A stretch of 64,000 nt of DNA from Thermoanaerobaculia bacterium (GCA_963821905.1 CAWGFP010000011.1:378922-442921), one strand, 5' to 3'. Positions 52,769 to 63,482 are shown, numbered from the stretch's first letter. The notes: generated by a model from the letters alone, not told the origin. Numbers and translations are program-made.

Positions 52769-53323
52769 ATGACCCTCGATCGCAGCCGCCGCTCCTTCGA
52801 CCTCGCCGAGGCCACCGCGCATCTCGCCCAGACTCCCGCCTTGCTTGATGCCTGGCTGCGCCACCTGCCCGAGCCGTGGCTGCAGGTCAACGAGGGTGAG
52901 GAGACCTGGGGCCCCTTCATCGTTGTCGGCCACCTCATTCACGGCGAGAAGACCGACTGGATGCCGCGCCTGCGCCGCATCTTCGAGCATGGTGAGAGCG
53001 TGCCGTTCGATTTCTACGATCGCTTCGCGCAGTTCCGCGATTCGGCGGGCAAATCGATCGGCGAGCTGCTCGACGAATTCACTGCGCTGCGCGCCGAAAA
53101 CCTTCACCAACTGACGGCGCTCGGCCTCACCGAAGCGGATCTCGACCGGCCCGGCAAACATCCCTCGCTCGGCCCCGTCACCGTCCGCCAACTGCTCGCT
53201 ACCTGGGTGGCGCACGACTACGACCACGTGATCCAGATCGCGCGGGTGATGGCCAACCAGTACGCCGACGAAGTCGGCCCGTGGCGCGAGTATTTGCGGG
53301 TGATCTCGGGCAGGCAGGGATAA
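52769..53323 (+). CDS. DinB-family (DinB_2-like) protein
   Basis: ATG 52769 within ORF 52505..53323. WGPFIVVGHLIHGEKTDW...LATWVAHDYDHVIQI (His-rich four-helix-bundle motifs). Confidence 0.75.
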   Translation: MTLDRSRRSFDLAEATAHLAQTPALLDAWLRHLPEPWLQVNEGEETWGPFIVVGHLIHGEKTDWMPRLRRIFEHGESVPFDFYDRFAQFRDSAGKSIGELLDEFTALRAENLHQLTALGLTEADLDRPGKHPSLGPVTVRQLLATWVAHDYDHVIQIARVMANQYADEVGPWREYLRVISGRQG

Positions 53324-53391
53324 GCCCATAAACGAGCCGAGGCGCTATAGGATCGCCGCGACTTTGCCGGGAGGCATTTTTCGGGAGGGAT

Positions 53392-55221
53392 ATGGCCAGC
53401 TCTCGAGTGACCTGCGCGACGGTGATGGCTCTCCTCTCGAGTCCGGCGCTCGACGCGGCTTCGGATCCCTGGCTTCCCCAGCTCGTCTCTCCAGGCTTCG
53501 GCGCGATCGAGGCACGTGTCGGCTCGCCGTGCCCCACCTTCACGTGGACGATCTCGGTCGAGGCCATTGGTTACTCCCTGCTGGTCTACCCGGCTGCGGC
53601 ACAGCAGCCGGACGACGGCGGGGCCGCACCTAAGCCGCTGATCGAGATAGAGCTGCCAGCTGGGGCTTCGTCATGGGTGCCGACGCTCGACGAATGCCTG
53701 CCGGGAGAGGGGCGTTACGCCTGGTCGGTGGGCGCGCGCACGAGGAGCGGCGAGCGGCGCTGGTCCGCGCCCGGTATCTTCCGGGTCGAGCTCGCGCCGC
53801 CGCAGCCGTCGCGTCCGGCGGCGACCGCGGGTCTTGCGACCGGAAGGGTCGCGAGCGTCAGCGCAGAGATCGCCCCACTTGCCATCGCTCACACTGGATC
53901 GAGCGGTCCTCGGTCGGTGGTCTCGCAGGCCTACACGCCTCCGTGCGTCGGCAATGTCTTCTCCGACGTCACGCCTTCCGATCTCCTCTGCCCGTGGATG
54001 GAGCAGCTTTACCGAGACGGCATCAGCGAGGGTTGCGGCGGCGGCAACTACTGCCCGAAGCAGCCGGTGACGAGGGACCAGCTGGCGCTGTTTCTCGGCC
54101 GCGCCATGCGGGGAACGAACAGCTGGAATCCGCGCAACGGCGTGCCCTGGACACCACCCGCCCCACCCACGGTGACAGCGGTCGATCCGAGCGTCGGCTT
54201 TCAGCTCGCCATGACCACCGGCGCCGACGGCCTGGCGCTCGTCATCTACCACCGCTTCAGCGACAACACGTTGGTCATCGCCCACTGCACCGATCTCGCC
54301 TGCTCTGCCACGACGACGACGCCGATTCATCCCGCTGCCGGCGATCCGTCGATCGCCATCGGCAGCGACGGCCTCGCCTTGTTCACCTACGATCTCGTTG
54401 GTGGCGGTGGGACCTCTGCAGTTCTCCACATCGCGCACTGCAACGACATCCCATGCAGCTCCTTCACCACCATCACTCCCGATCCCCCGGGATACGTCCC
54501 CTATCCCAGCCCCGTCACCATCGGCGCCGACGGACTGGCTCTGGTGGCCTACGGGGACTGGAACGCGGGAACTGAGAATGTCGCGCGCTGCGCCGACTTC
54601 GCCTGCTCCAGCGCACCCGTACACCCTATCCGAGCGTCGGTTGACGACCCCACCGCGGCCGCGACCACGGGGATCGACGGTCTCGGCTTCATCGTCTACG
54701 GCGAGTCGGCGGCGGGCTTCACGCTGGTCGCGGCTCGCTGCACCGACGCGGCGTGTAGCACGGCGACCTTCAACCCGATCAACACCGGCGGCACGGTAGG
54801 AGATCAGCACTCGGTCGCGATCGGCGCCGACGGTCTTCCGTTGGTGGCGTTCACCCGCAATGGCGACCTCGGCGTGGCCCACTGCAACGACCCGGCATGC
54901 AGCAGCTCGGTCTTTACGATGCTCGACACGGTGGGGAACGTCGGCGACTACAACGCGATCGCGATCGGTGCGGATGGGCTGGCGGTGATCAGCTACGTCG
55001 ATCTCACGAACGCGGCGGTCAAGGTCGGCCACTGCTCCGACTACAAATGCAGCGCCGCCACCACGACCCGGCTCGACGGCATATCGGCCTCGGGTACCTT
55101 CACCGCCATCGCCATCGGCGGCGACGGCCTACCGGTCGTCGCCTATCGAGGAAGCACCGGTGCCCTCGAGATCGCGCACTGCTCGAACGTGCTCTGCGAG
55201 GCGTTCTTCGTTCGACGCTGA
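53392..55221 (+). CDS. Secreted protein: Ig-like N-domain + SLH-like domain + seven AHCxDxxC repeats (probable 7-bladed propeller)
   Basis: Intact 609-aa ORF. SLH-like FSDVTPSDLLCPWMEQLYRDGISEGCGGGNYCPKQPVTRDQLALFLGRA. Seven ~48-aa repeats, e.g. AIGADGLPLVAFTRNGDLGVAHCNDPACSSS and AIGGDGLPVVAYRGSTGALEIAHCSNVLCEA. Confidence 0.85.
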   Translation: MASSRVTCATVMALLSSPALDAASDPWLPQLVSPGFGAIEARVGSPCPTFTWTISVEAIGYSLLVYPAAAQQPDDGGAAPKPLIEIELPAGASSWVPTLDECLPGEGRYAWSVGARTRSGERRWSAPGIFRVELAPPQPSRPAATAGLATGRVASVSAEIAPLAIAHTGSSGPRSVVSQAYTPPCVGNVFSDVTPSDLLCPWMEQLYRDGISEGCGGGNYCPKQPVTRDQLALFLGRAMRGTNSWNPRNGVPWTPPAPPTVTAVDPSVGFQLAMTTGADGLALVIYHRFSDNTLVIAHCTDLACSATTTTPIHPAAGDPSIAIGSDGLALFTYDLVGGGGTSAVLHIAHCNDIPCSSFTTITPDPPGYVPYPSPVTIGADGLALVAYGDWNAGTENVARCADFACSSAPVHPIRASVDDPTAAATTGIDGLGFIVYGESAAGFTLVAARCTDAACSTATFNPINTGGTVGDQHSVAIGADGLPLVAFTRNGDLGVAHCNDPACSSSVFTMLDTVGNVGDYNAIAIGADGLAVISYVDLTNAAVKVGHCSDYKCSAATTTRLDGISASGTFTAIAIGGDGLPVVAYRGSTGALEIAHCSNVLCEAFFVRR

Positions 55222-55287
55222 ACGCCGGGAGCGCAAGAGCAGCGCCCTCCGGGCTCCGGACGTCCGGCGCGATATGCTTTCTGGTCC

Positions 55288-57782
55288 ATGGCCGTACTGA
55301 CAGCGATCGATCCTCAACTCCTCGACTCCTACCGGCGCTGGGGCTATCTCCAAGCCGACCTCGACCCGCTCGGGCGGCTGCGTCCCGAGTCCGGCCATCC
55401 CGATTTGCCGCCGCAAGGCGAGGGGATCGAGCAGTTGCGGCGCTGGTACTGCGGACCGCTGGCGGTCGAGTACATGCACATCCCCGATCCGACGCGTCGG
55501 CAGCTGGATCCAGGAGCGCATGGAGATCGATCCGCCGGCGGTCGACCGCGGCCGAATCCTCGATCTCCTGATGCGGGCGGAGATCTTCGAGCAGGTGCTC
55601 CAGCCGCGCTACCTCGGCAACAAGCGCTTCTCGATCGAGGGCGTCGATGCGCTGCTGCCGCTCCTCGACGAGGCGCTCTCGACCGCGCGCCGAGCTGGGC
55701 GCCGAGCAGGCGGTGCTGGCGATGAGCCACCGCGGCCGGCTGAACGTCATGACCCACATCGTCGGCAAGCCGGCGGCCGAGATCTTCGCCGGCTTCGAGG
55801 ACGTCGATCCGCGCAGCGATCCTCGGCGGCGGCGACGTCAAGTACCACCTCGGCGCGACCGGCGAGTTCACGGGCCCGCAACGGCCGCACGGTCAACATC
55901 CACCTGGTCTCGAACCCCAGCCACCTCGAGGCGGTCGATCCGGTGGCGATGGGCCGCGTGCGCGCCAAGCAGGACCGGCTGGGCGACGCGCAGGGCCGCG
56001 CGGGTCGTGCCGATCATCATCCACGGCGACGCCGCCTTCGCCGGCCAGGGGATCCTCGCCGAGACGCTCAACCTCGCCGACGGTGCCCGGCTTCGCGGTC
56101 GGCGGCACGATGCACGTCATCGTCAACAACCTGATCGGCTTCACCACCGAGCCGACGTGCCTGCACTCCTCGCGCTTCGCCTCCGACGTCGCCAGGCGGC
56201 TGCCGATCCCGATCTTCCACGTCAACGGCGAGGACCCCGAGGCGGTGGTGCGCGGTGCGGCCGTTGGCGATCGACTACCGCTACGCCTTCGCGAGCGACG
56301 TGGTGGTCGACCTCATCGGCTACCGCCGGCACGGCCACAGCGAGGTCGACGACCCGACCATCACCCAGCCGCTCCTCTACAAGAAGATCAAGGAGCGGCC
56401 GCCGCTCTGGAAGATCTACGCGCAGCGGCTCGGCGCCGACGAGGGCGCCGTCAAGCAGCGCGCGACGCAGATCCAGGACGAGCTCGACGCAGGCGCAGCA
56501 AAGACGCCGGCCAGTTCGAGAAGAAGCCGCTGCTTGCGCACGCTGCCCGGCCTACTGGGACCGCTTCCGCGGCGGCACGCTGGGAGCCCGGGCTCGAGGT
56601 CGCCACCGGCGTCCCGGCCGAGACGCCTGCGCGAGCTCGGCGAGGCCGACTGACCGCGCGCGCCCGCAAGGCTTCCACGTCCACCCGAAGATCAAGCCAA
56701 GCTCCTGGAAGAGCGGCTGCGAGATGGGCGCGCGGCGAGAAGCCGCTCGACTACGGCATGGCCGAGGCGCTCGCCTTCGCCTCGCTCGTCACCAGCGGCG
56801 TTCCGGTGCGGCTCTCCGGGCAGGACACGCCGGCGCGGCACCTTCAACCAGCGCCACTCGGTGCTGATCGACGTCGAGAACGAGGCCGAGTACGTGCCGC
56901 TCGCCAACCTCGCGCCGGGCCAGGCGCCGCTTCGAGATCTACGACTCGATCCTCTCCGAGGCGGCGGTGCTCGGCTTCGAGTACGGCTTCAGCCGCGACT
57001 ACCCCGAGGCGCTGGTGCTCTGGGAGGCGCAGTTCGGCGACTTCGCCAACGGCGCCGCAGATCATCATCGACCAGTTCCTCGCCGCCGGCGAGGACAAGT
57101 GGGGGCTGCTCTCGGGCGTGGTCATGCTCCTGCCCCACGGCTACGAGGGCCAGGGGCCCGAGCACTCGAGCGCGCGCCTCGAGCGCTACCTGCAGCTCGC
57201 GGCCGAGGACAACATGCAGGTCTGCCAGCCCTCGAACGCGGCGCAGTACTTCCATCTGCTGCGCCGCCAGGCGCTGCGGCCGTGGCGCAAGCCGCTCGTC
57301 GTCTTCACCCCGAAGAGCATGCTGCGCCACACGGACGCCGTCGTCGCCGCTCGCCGATCTGACCCGCGAGCGCTTCCTGAACGTGGTGCCGGACCCGACG
57401 GTCACCAAGGCGCGCAGCGGCTGCTGCTCTGCACCGGCAAGATCGGCCACGAGCTGCGCGCCGAGCGTGCAGCGAGCGCAACGACACGACGACCGCGATC
57501 GTCGTTCCTCGACCAGCTCTACCCGTTCCCCGAGACCGAGCTCGCGCGCCGAGCTCGAGCGCCATCCCGAAGCGCGCGACATCGTCTGGGTGCAGGAGGA
57601 GCCGGCCAACATGGGGGCGCTCTTCTACGTCGAGCCGCGCCTCGAGCGTCGTGGCGACGGACCGCCACGTGCGCACCGTCAAGCGCTCGGCTTCGGCGAG
57701 CCCCGCCACCGGCTCGGCCAAGGCGCACGCGCTCGAGCAGCAGACGCTGCTCAACCTGGCCTTCACCGGCGCCGGCGCGTAG
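55288..57782 (+). CDS. sucA: 2-oxoglutarate dehydrogenase E1 component; reading frame broken at least 10 times
   Basis: [29 protein letters not shown] (55288..). [16 protein letters not shown] (55520..). [18 protein letters not shown] (55647..). [18 protein letters not shown]...[12 protein letters not shown] (56083..). [16 protein letters not shown] (56255..). [10 protein letters not shown] (56967..). [24 protein letters not shown]...FTPKSMLRH (56083.. frame). [13 protein letters not shown] (56861.. frame). Own reading of the end gives ...[11 protein letters not shown] with stop at 57780-57782. Confidence 0.9.
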
Positions 57783-58778
57783 TGCTCGCTGCGGGGCGGT
57801 TCCTCGCGCTCGCCGTGGCGGGCGCCGCGCTCGCATGCGGCCGCGGCGAGGCCGTCGCACCTCCTCCGCCGGCTCCCGAAGCGGCTCCCGAGACCGCGAT
57901 CGAGAAACGGGTCGACCCCGACCGCTTGATGTCGACGGTGCGAACGCTCGCCTCGCCCGAGTACGGTGGCCGGCGCACGGGTTCGGAGGGCAGCCATCTG
58001 GCGCGCCAGCTCATCACGGCGCGTTTCCGCGCCGCTGGCCTGCAACCCGTGGGCGAGACCTTCGAGCTACCCTTTCGCTTCAGCCACTACAGCATCCGTG
58101 GACTGCTCGAGAAGGATCGCCCCTTCCGCACTGTCTACACCGACGCGGCGAGCCTCGCGGCGACCACCGGCGGCGCTGCGACCCGCATCATCCTCGTCTC
58201 CGCCCACTACGACCATCTCGGTGAACGCGGCGGGCGGCTATTCCCCGGCGCGGACGACAACGCCTCGGGTGTCGCCGCCCTGCTCGAGGCGGCCGACTGG
58301 TTCAGCGCCCATCCACCGCGGCACCGTTTCGTCTTCGTAGCTTTCGACGCCGAAGAGCTCGGCCTGAGAGGCGCCGAGGCGTTCGTCGAGGACGAGCCGG
58401 TAGAGATCGACGACGTTGCGGTGGTGGTCAACTTCGACATGCTGTCGCGCAACGACCGCAACGAGATCTATGCCGCCGGCGTCATGCGCTATCCGGTATT
58501 GCAGCCAATCCTCGACCAAGTGCGCAAACACTCGGCGGTGAAGATCCTCTACGGTCACGACCAGGAAGGAGCGGACGCTCGACGACTGGACCGACCAGTC
58601 CGATCAGGCTCCCTTCGCCGAGGAGGACATCCCCTTCCTCTACTTCGGCGTCGACGATCACCCCGACTACCACCGCCCCACCGACACCGCCGACAAAATC
58701 GACCCCCGGTTCTTCACCGGCGTCGCCGACATGGTGCTCGAAACCCTCATCCGCCTCGACCAATCCCTCCCCAACTGA
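57782..58778 (+). CDS. M28-family metallopeptidase; one frame disruption near 58.57 kb
   Basis: GTG 57782 overlaps the sucA stop. Lipoprotein-like LAAGRFLALAVAGAALAC. ILVSAHYDHLG...GADDNASGVAALLEAA...FVAFDAEELGLRG (frame of ORF 56861..58810). After the shift: TLDDWTDQSDQAPFAEEDIPFLYFGVDDHPDYHRPTDTADKID...LDQSLPN with stop at 58776-58778. Confidence 0.8.
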
Positions 58779-58790
58779 CAATTCACATTT

Positions 58791-58833
58791 GGGGTCAGGT
58801 CTTGAAATGACAGTTATTTCAAGACCTGGCCCC
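58791..58833. repeat. Palindromic element, family B, copy 2
   Basis: Arms ggggtcaggtcttgaaa / tttcaagacctggcccc (one mismatch). Loop tgacagtta is the near reverse complement of the copy-1 loop, so this copy is flipped. Confidence 0.9.
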
Positions 58834-58857
58834 TGGCCGTTTTGGCATGATGGAGCC

Positions 58858-59844
58858 GTGAGCGGGAACGAGGTGCGGTTCTACGCGCGGACCGCGGTGC
58901 GGGAGTTGTTGCCGCTTGAGGACTGCATTGCCGCGGTCGAGGCGGCGTTTCTAGCGCTGGGCCGGGGCGAGACCGGGCCGCCGGCGAGTCTCGGCGTCAT
59001 GGCCGGCAGCGGCGGCTTTCACGTCAAGGCCGCGACGCTTCGCAGCGGCGATCGCAACTACTTCGCTGCCAAGCTCAACGGCAACTTCCCCGACAACTCC
59101 CGACACGGCCTTCCGACCATCCAGGGTCTGGTAGTGCTCGCCGACGCCGACACCGGGACACCGCTCGCGGTGATGGATTCGATGGAGATCACCATCCTGC
59201 GCACCGGCGCGGCGACCGCGGTCGCCGCGCGCCGGCTCGCGCGCCGAGACTCCTCCGTCGTGACGGTGTGCGGTTGCGGGCATCAGGGCCGCGTGCAGCT
59301 CGAGGCGCTATGCCGGGTCCTGCCCCTGCGTCAGGCGCTCCTCTGGGATGTCGATCCGCAACGCGCCACGGTCCTGGCCGCGGCGGTTCAGTCATCGACG
59401 CTTCACGCCGAGCCGGTCACCGACCTGCGCGCGGCGCTCGGCCGCAGCGACGTCTGTGTGACCTGCACACCCTCCCGCGAGGCGTTCGTCATGGCCGGTG
59501 ACTTGCGACCCGGCACCTTCCTCGCCGCGGTGGGCGCCGACAATCCGCACAAGCAGGAGATCGATCCCGCGTTGCTCGCCGCCAGCGCCGTGTGGGTCGA
59601 TTCGCTCGAGGCCGCATCCAAGGGGGGCGATCTCCATCACGCGCTCGACGCCGGCGCGATGCGTGCGGAGGACGTGCGAGGCGAGCTCGCGGCTTTGGTG
59701 GCGGGGCAGATCCCCGGTAGGCAGAATGACGACGAGGTGACGGTCTTCGACTCGACCGGCGTGGCCATCGAGGATGTCGCAGCGGCGATCGTGGTCTATG
59801 AGCGTGGCGGCGAAGACGGGCCCAGCTTGCGCTTCGACTCCTGA
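58858..59844 (+). CDS. Ornithine cyclodeaminase / mu-crystallin family enzyme
   Basis: I prefer GTG 58858 (VSGNEVRFY...), because the earlier part of ORF 58789..59844 is repeat-encoded. AKLNGNFPDN..., ITILRTGAATAVAARRLAR, VCGCGHQGR Rossmann motif, ...FDSTGVAIEDVAAA. Confidence 0.85.
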   Translation: MSGNEVRFYARTAVRELLPLEDCIAAVEAAFLALGRGETGPPASLGVMAGSGGFHVKAATLRSGDRNYFAAKLNGNFPDNSRHGLPTIQGLVVLADADTGTPLAVMDSMEITILRTGAATAVAARRLARRDSSVVTVCGCGHQGRVQLEALCRVLPLRQALLWDVDPQRATVLAAAVQSSTLHAEPVTDLRAALGRSDVCVTCTPSREAFVMAGDLRPGTFLAAVGADNPHKQEIDPALLAASAVWVDSLEAASKGGDLHHALDAGAMRAEDVRGELAALVAGQIPGRQNDDEVTVFDSTGVAIEDVAAAIVVYERGGEDGPSLRFDS

Positions 59845-61127
59845 GGGGCCGGCGCGGGCAACTGCCACTCCAGACTCGGCGGCGAGACGTCGGCGGCGAA
59901 GTCGCGCCGCCATGCTTCCGCGGTCATCGGCAGCGACAGGCGTGCCGAGCCGTCGGCGGCAATTTCGTAGACCGGCGACTCGCCGAGATAGTCGTTGCGC
60001 CAGGCGGTGAGATCGAGCTCGCCCGGGTAGGCGCCGATCTCGCGGCCCTGCCGATCGATGTCGAGAGCCAGACGCTGGAGCTGCCGTGCCGCGCGAGTGG
60101 CGACCGCTTTCTGGATACCGCCAACGAAACTCGACCAGAGCGTATCGGCGACGGCGTCAGCGAAGCGCTCGGCGCGCTTCTCTCGTGACATCGTGAAAAC
60201 CAGCAGCTTGTCCGACACCCTCGGCCTCTCGGTGTTCACGTTTTCCATCGCCGCCGCCCAGGGCCGGAACGTCTGCCAGCCACCGGCCAGAGCGTGCGCC
60301 ACCTCGGCATAACGCTCGTAGAGCCTCGCCACCACCACGTCGGCATAGTCCGGATGGAAGCCGGGGAACTCTTCCGCTTCCGGCTTCTCACCGCGCCGTG
60401 CGAACGTGCGCTCCGCCAGCGAGGCCTCGCCGGCGAGCCACGCCTGTGGCGCAACGGCATCCAGGCGTTCGAGCGCGCGCGTCAGCTCGTCCAACGTCGC
60501 GGCGTCGCCTCTCGTCAGGGCATCGGCGAGCAAGCGGTCGGCGCTGCGCTCACCGGCACCGGCGAGAAGCTGCGCCATCATCCAGGGTTCGCGATACCCC
60601 GCCTGAAGCAGGAATCCCAGCGTTCGAGCGGCCCTCGCCGCGCGGGCTGAATCGCCGCTCGCCAGGGCTTCGCGTCCGTCGAGCGCGAGCAGCCGGCAAG
60701 CGTCGAGGAAGGGCCGCAAATCGGGGAAGGCGGCCTCGGGCGGCGGCACCGGAATCCCGAGACCGGGTGGGCCGGCGTTTGCGGAGGCGTGAAGTCCCGC
60801 GAGCGCCGATTGCCGGCCACCGAGCAGAGAGGCGAAGGCCTGCCGATCGCTCGGGGTCCATTCGGCAACCGCTGATCGTGCCAACCGGCGCAGCAAAGGA
60901 CGCTCGTCCTTGTCGACCGCGAGCGGCGCCAGCGCTTCGAGGAGGCGCCGCCCTTCTTGACCGCCAGCCGGCGCGGTAGGAAACGAACCCACCAAGGCCT
61001 CGAGCGAAGCTCGCGCGGCGGCTTTCCGCGCTGCGCCGTCGATCGGCGGATGGGCGTCGGCGCAAGCGACGGCCAACGCCGCCAAGAGGAGGTAGGACCG
61101 AGCCGAGCCGCGCACGAAGGGGCTCAC
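59796..61127 (-). CDS. Exported hypothetical protein (possible lipoprotein)
   Basis: ORF 59796..61241. I prefer GTG 61127 (VSPFVRGSARSYLLLAALAVAC). Helical and Ala/Leu/Arg-rich but with normal Trp/Tyr/Phe content. I recognise no motif. The 3' end overlaps the OCD gene by ~49 nt. Confidence 0.5.
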   Translation of the reverse strand: MSPFVRGSARSYLLLAALAVACADAHPPIDGAARKAAARASLEALVGSFPTAPAGGQEGRRLLEALAPLAVDKDERPLLRRLARSAVAEWTPSDRQAFASLLGGRQSALAGLHASANAGPPGLGIPVPPPEAAFPDLRPFLDACRLLALDGREALASGDSARAARAARTLGFLLQAGYREPWMMAQLLAGAGERSADRLLADALTRGDAATLDELTRALERLDAVAPQAWLAGEASLAERTFARRGEKPEAEEFPGFHPDYADVVVARLYERYAEVAHALAGGWQTFRPWAAAMENVNTERPRVSDKLLVFTMSREKRAERFADAVADTLWSSFVGGIQKAVATRAARQLQRLALDIDRQGREIGAYPGELDLTAWRNDYLGESPVYEIAADGSARLSLPMTAEAWRRDFAADVSPPSLEWQLPAPAPQESKRKLGPSSPPRS

Positions 61128-61240
61128 TCTATTACCGTCGCTTGGTGACCGTGACGGTCGAAGGAAACGCTTTCGGGCCTTTGGTCCTATTGGAGCGCGG
61201 CCCGCCAAGTCGTAGTTTCTCGGCGTACCGGCCAGAACCA

Positions 61241-62062
61241 ATGAAACTGCCCATCCGACTCCTGCAGCGCATCCTGATCCTGGCGCTCGGCGCTCTCGCC
61301 GTCTGGTTCATCGTCTTCGTGGTCTTCGACGCCGCCGACCGCAGAATGCCTTGGGTGTTGGCGGTGGCGGTCGCTTATGGCATCGGCGCGTACATCGTCC
61401 TGCCGTACGCGGTTCGCCTGAGCCAGAAGATCCTCAAGCCGCAGCGCGTGCCGCGCTACACGATCACCGGAGACGGCCTCCACGGCGATCCGGTGAATCT
61501 CACCCTCGTCGGCACCACGGCCCAGCTGCGCGACGCCTTCGCCGCCGCCGGCTGGGCGGGGGCCGACCGGCTCGGAATCAAGAGCTCGTGGGGAATGGTC
61601 AAGTCGTTTCTCTTCAACTCGCCGTATCCCACGGCTCCGTTCAGCACGCTCTACCTCTTCGCGCGTGGCCAGGACTTCGGGTTCCAGAAAGCCATCGACA
61701 ACAGCCCGCGCAAACGCCACCACATCCGCTTCTGGGGGCTCGACGTCGAGCGCGCGAAGGAGGGCGTGGCGACGAAGTGGGCGAACGCCTCGAGCTTCGA
61801 GCGGCCTCCCGACGATGCTCGCGTTTTCTGGATCGGCGCCGGCACCAAGGACACCGGCATGGGCCTGACCCGCCTGACCTTCCAGATCACGCACTCGACC
61901 GACGCCGACACCAACGCCGAGCGTGACTTCATCGTCGACGAGCTGCAAAAGGCCGGGACACTCGGCGAGATGCGGCGGCTAAAGGCCGGCGACGGGCTCG
62001 AATCCGGGAAGGTGAACCACTACTTCACCGATGGAGAGGTGACGCTTGCGCGGTTGAAGTGA
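61241..62062 (+). CDS. LssY C-terminal-domain-like membrane protein
   Basis: ATG 61241 within ORF 61142..62062. Two N-terminal TM segments. DPVNLTLVGTTAQLRDAFAAAGWAGAD and PRKRHHIRFWG motifs. Confidence 0.75.
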   Translation: MKLPIRLLQRILILALGALAVWFIVFVVFDAADRRMPWVLAVAVAYGIGAYIVLPYAVRLSQKILKPQRVPRYTITGDGLHGDPVNLTLVGTTAQLRDAFAAAGWAGADRLGIKSSWGMVKSFLFNSPYPTAPFSTLYLFARGQDFGFQKAIDNSPRKRHHIRFWGLDVERAKEGVATKWANASSFERPPDDARVFWIGAGTKDTGMGLTRLTFQITHSTDADTNAERDFIVDELQKAGTLGEMRRLKAGDGLESGKVNHYFTDGEVTLARLK

Positions 62063-62105
62063 AGCGACACCAAGACAACCCAAATGCAGTAGAACGCGAC
62101 TGGCC

Positions 62106-63224
62106 GTGCCATTACGTATTCTGATCGTCGGCGGTGGAATCGCGGGCTTGGCGCTGGCCCGGGCGCTGAAGGAACAGAACGTCGCGATTGAAGTGATCGA
62201 ACGGGCGGCGGCGTGGCCGGAAAGCGGCACCGGTCTGTACATCCCAGCCAACGGTCTCCGCATGCTCGGGACTCTCGGCCTCGCCGCCAGGGTCTTGGAG
62301 CAAGCGGTTCCCATCTCGCACCAGCGCATGCTGGATCACACTGGTCGAGCGCTCGCGGAGATCGAGCTGCAGGCGTTCTGGGGCCCGGTCGGTCACTGCG
62401 TGGCTATCGCTCGCGGCGAGCTTCATCGCATTCTTCGCGAGGGCGCCCTGGGCGTTCGCATCCGTCTCGACGCATCCGTCACCGCACTCAGCCAGAACGC
62501 CGACGAGGTCGATGTGGTCTTCGCGGATGGTTCGACCGGCAGGTATGACCTCGTCGTCGGGGCCGACGGGATCCACTCGTCGATTCGACAACTCGTCTTT
62601 GGCAGCGTCGCGCCGCGACATCTCGGTCAAGTGAGCTGGCGGTTTCTCGCCGATAACCCCGCCGCGATCGACACGTGGACGGTGATGCTCGGCCCTCGAC
62701 GGGCGTTCCTGATGATGCCTGTTGGTCAGAATCGCCTCTACTGCTATGCGGATCTAGCAAGCCACGCAACCGACGACCCCACGGAACGCGATCCAGTCAG
62801 ATTGCGGGCGCTCTTCTCCGATTTCGCCGAACCGGTACAAAGCATCGTCACAGGACTCGAACGCGCTGACTCGATCCACTACTCTCCGATCGAGGAGGTC
62901 GCTCTCGACTCATGGGTCCGCGGCCGTGTCGTCCTGCTTGGCGATGCGGCGCACGCGACATCTCCCAACATGGCGGAGGGTGCGTCCATGGCGCTGGAGG
63001 ATGCTGTGGTGCTGGCCACGATGCTGAGCACGCCCAGGCCCCTTCCGGAATCGCTGGCAGCGTTTAGTGCCAGGCGGCAGGGTCGGATTCGCTGGGTACG
63101 GCAGCGAACCCACCGAAGGGATCGCATTCGACGTCTGCCTTCGGCCGTTCGCAATCTCGCGCTCCGGCTAGCGGGAGCCGCGATTTATCGACGGGACTAT
63201 CAGCCCCTGCTCGAAGAGCCCTAG
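62106..63224 (+). CDS. FAD-dependent aromatic-ring monooxygenase (UbiH/salicylate hydroxylase-like)
   Basis: Intact 372-aa ORF with a GTG start. ILIVGGGIAGLALA (GxGxxG), GADGIHSSIR and LLGDAAHATSPNMAEGASMALEDA. Confidence 0.9.
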   Translation: MPLRILIVGGGIAGLALARALKEQNVAIEVIERAAAWPESGTGLYIPANGLRMLGTLGLAARVLEQAVPISHQRMLDHTGRALAEIELQAFWGPVGHCVAIARGELHRILREGALGVRIRLDASVTALSQNADEVDVVFADGSTGRYDLVVGADGIHSSIRQLVFGSVAPRHLGQVSWRFLADNPAAIDTWTVMLGPRRAFLMMPVGQNRLYCYADLASHATDDPTERDPVRLRALFSDFAEPVQSIVTGLERADSIHYSPIEEVALDSWVRGRVVLLGDAAHATSPNMAEGASMALEDAVVLATMLSTPRPLPESLAAFSARRQGRIRWVRQRTHRRDRIRRLPSAVRNLALRLAGAAIYRRDYQPLLEEP

Positions 63225-63317
63225 CCGGTGATGGATTGGCAGACTGCGGGGGATGCGAACCGCCAAATGTCCGTAAGCCACTGAGATCAGGCGTGTTGTT
63301 TCAATGCGCGTGAGATG

Positions 63318-63391
63318 TGGTTGGGAGGCAGGGACTTGAACCCCGATTCTGCGGTCCAGAGCCGCATGTCCTACCATTGAACGACCTCCCA
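63318..63391 (-). tRNA. tRNA-Gln (anticodon CUG)
   Basis: The reverse complement reads tgggaggtcgttcaatggtaggacatgcggctctggaccgcagaatcggggttcaagtccctgcctcccaacca. It has a 7-bp acceptor stem, anticodon loop cuCUGga, a TPsiC arm ggggttcaagtccc and an encoded CCA. Confidence 0.9.
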
Positions 63392-63482
63392 AGGCCGTCA
63401 GAGGGTGCGTAGGTTATCGGCAAAGGCCCCGTTGGGTCAAGCTGGGCGCGGGTTCCCGGGGCCTCGCTGCTAGAGTCCAATC

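Noticed and set aside
50041-53323. LmbE/PIG-L deacetylase next to a DinB-family protein as a low-molecular-weight-thiol (mycothiol/bacillithiol-type) locus.
   Set aside because: The deacetylase has a signal peptide and a ~550-aa extracytoplasmic-looking extension. The two genes are divergent, and no glycosyltransferase or cysteine ligase partners are present. The adjacency is probably coincidental.
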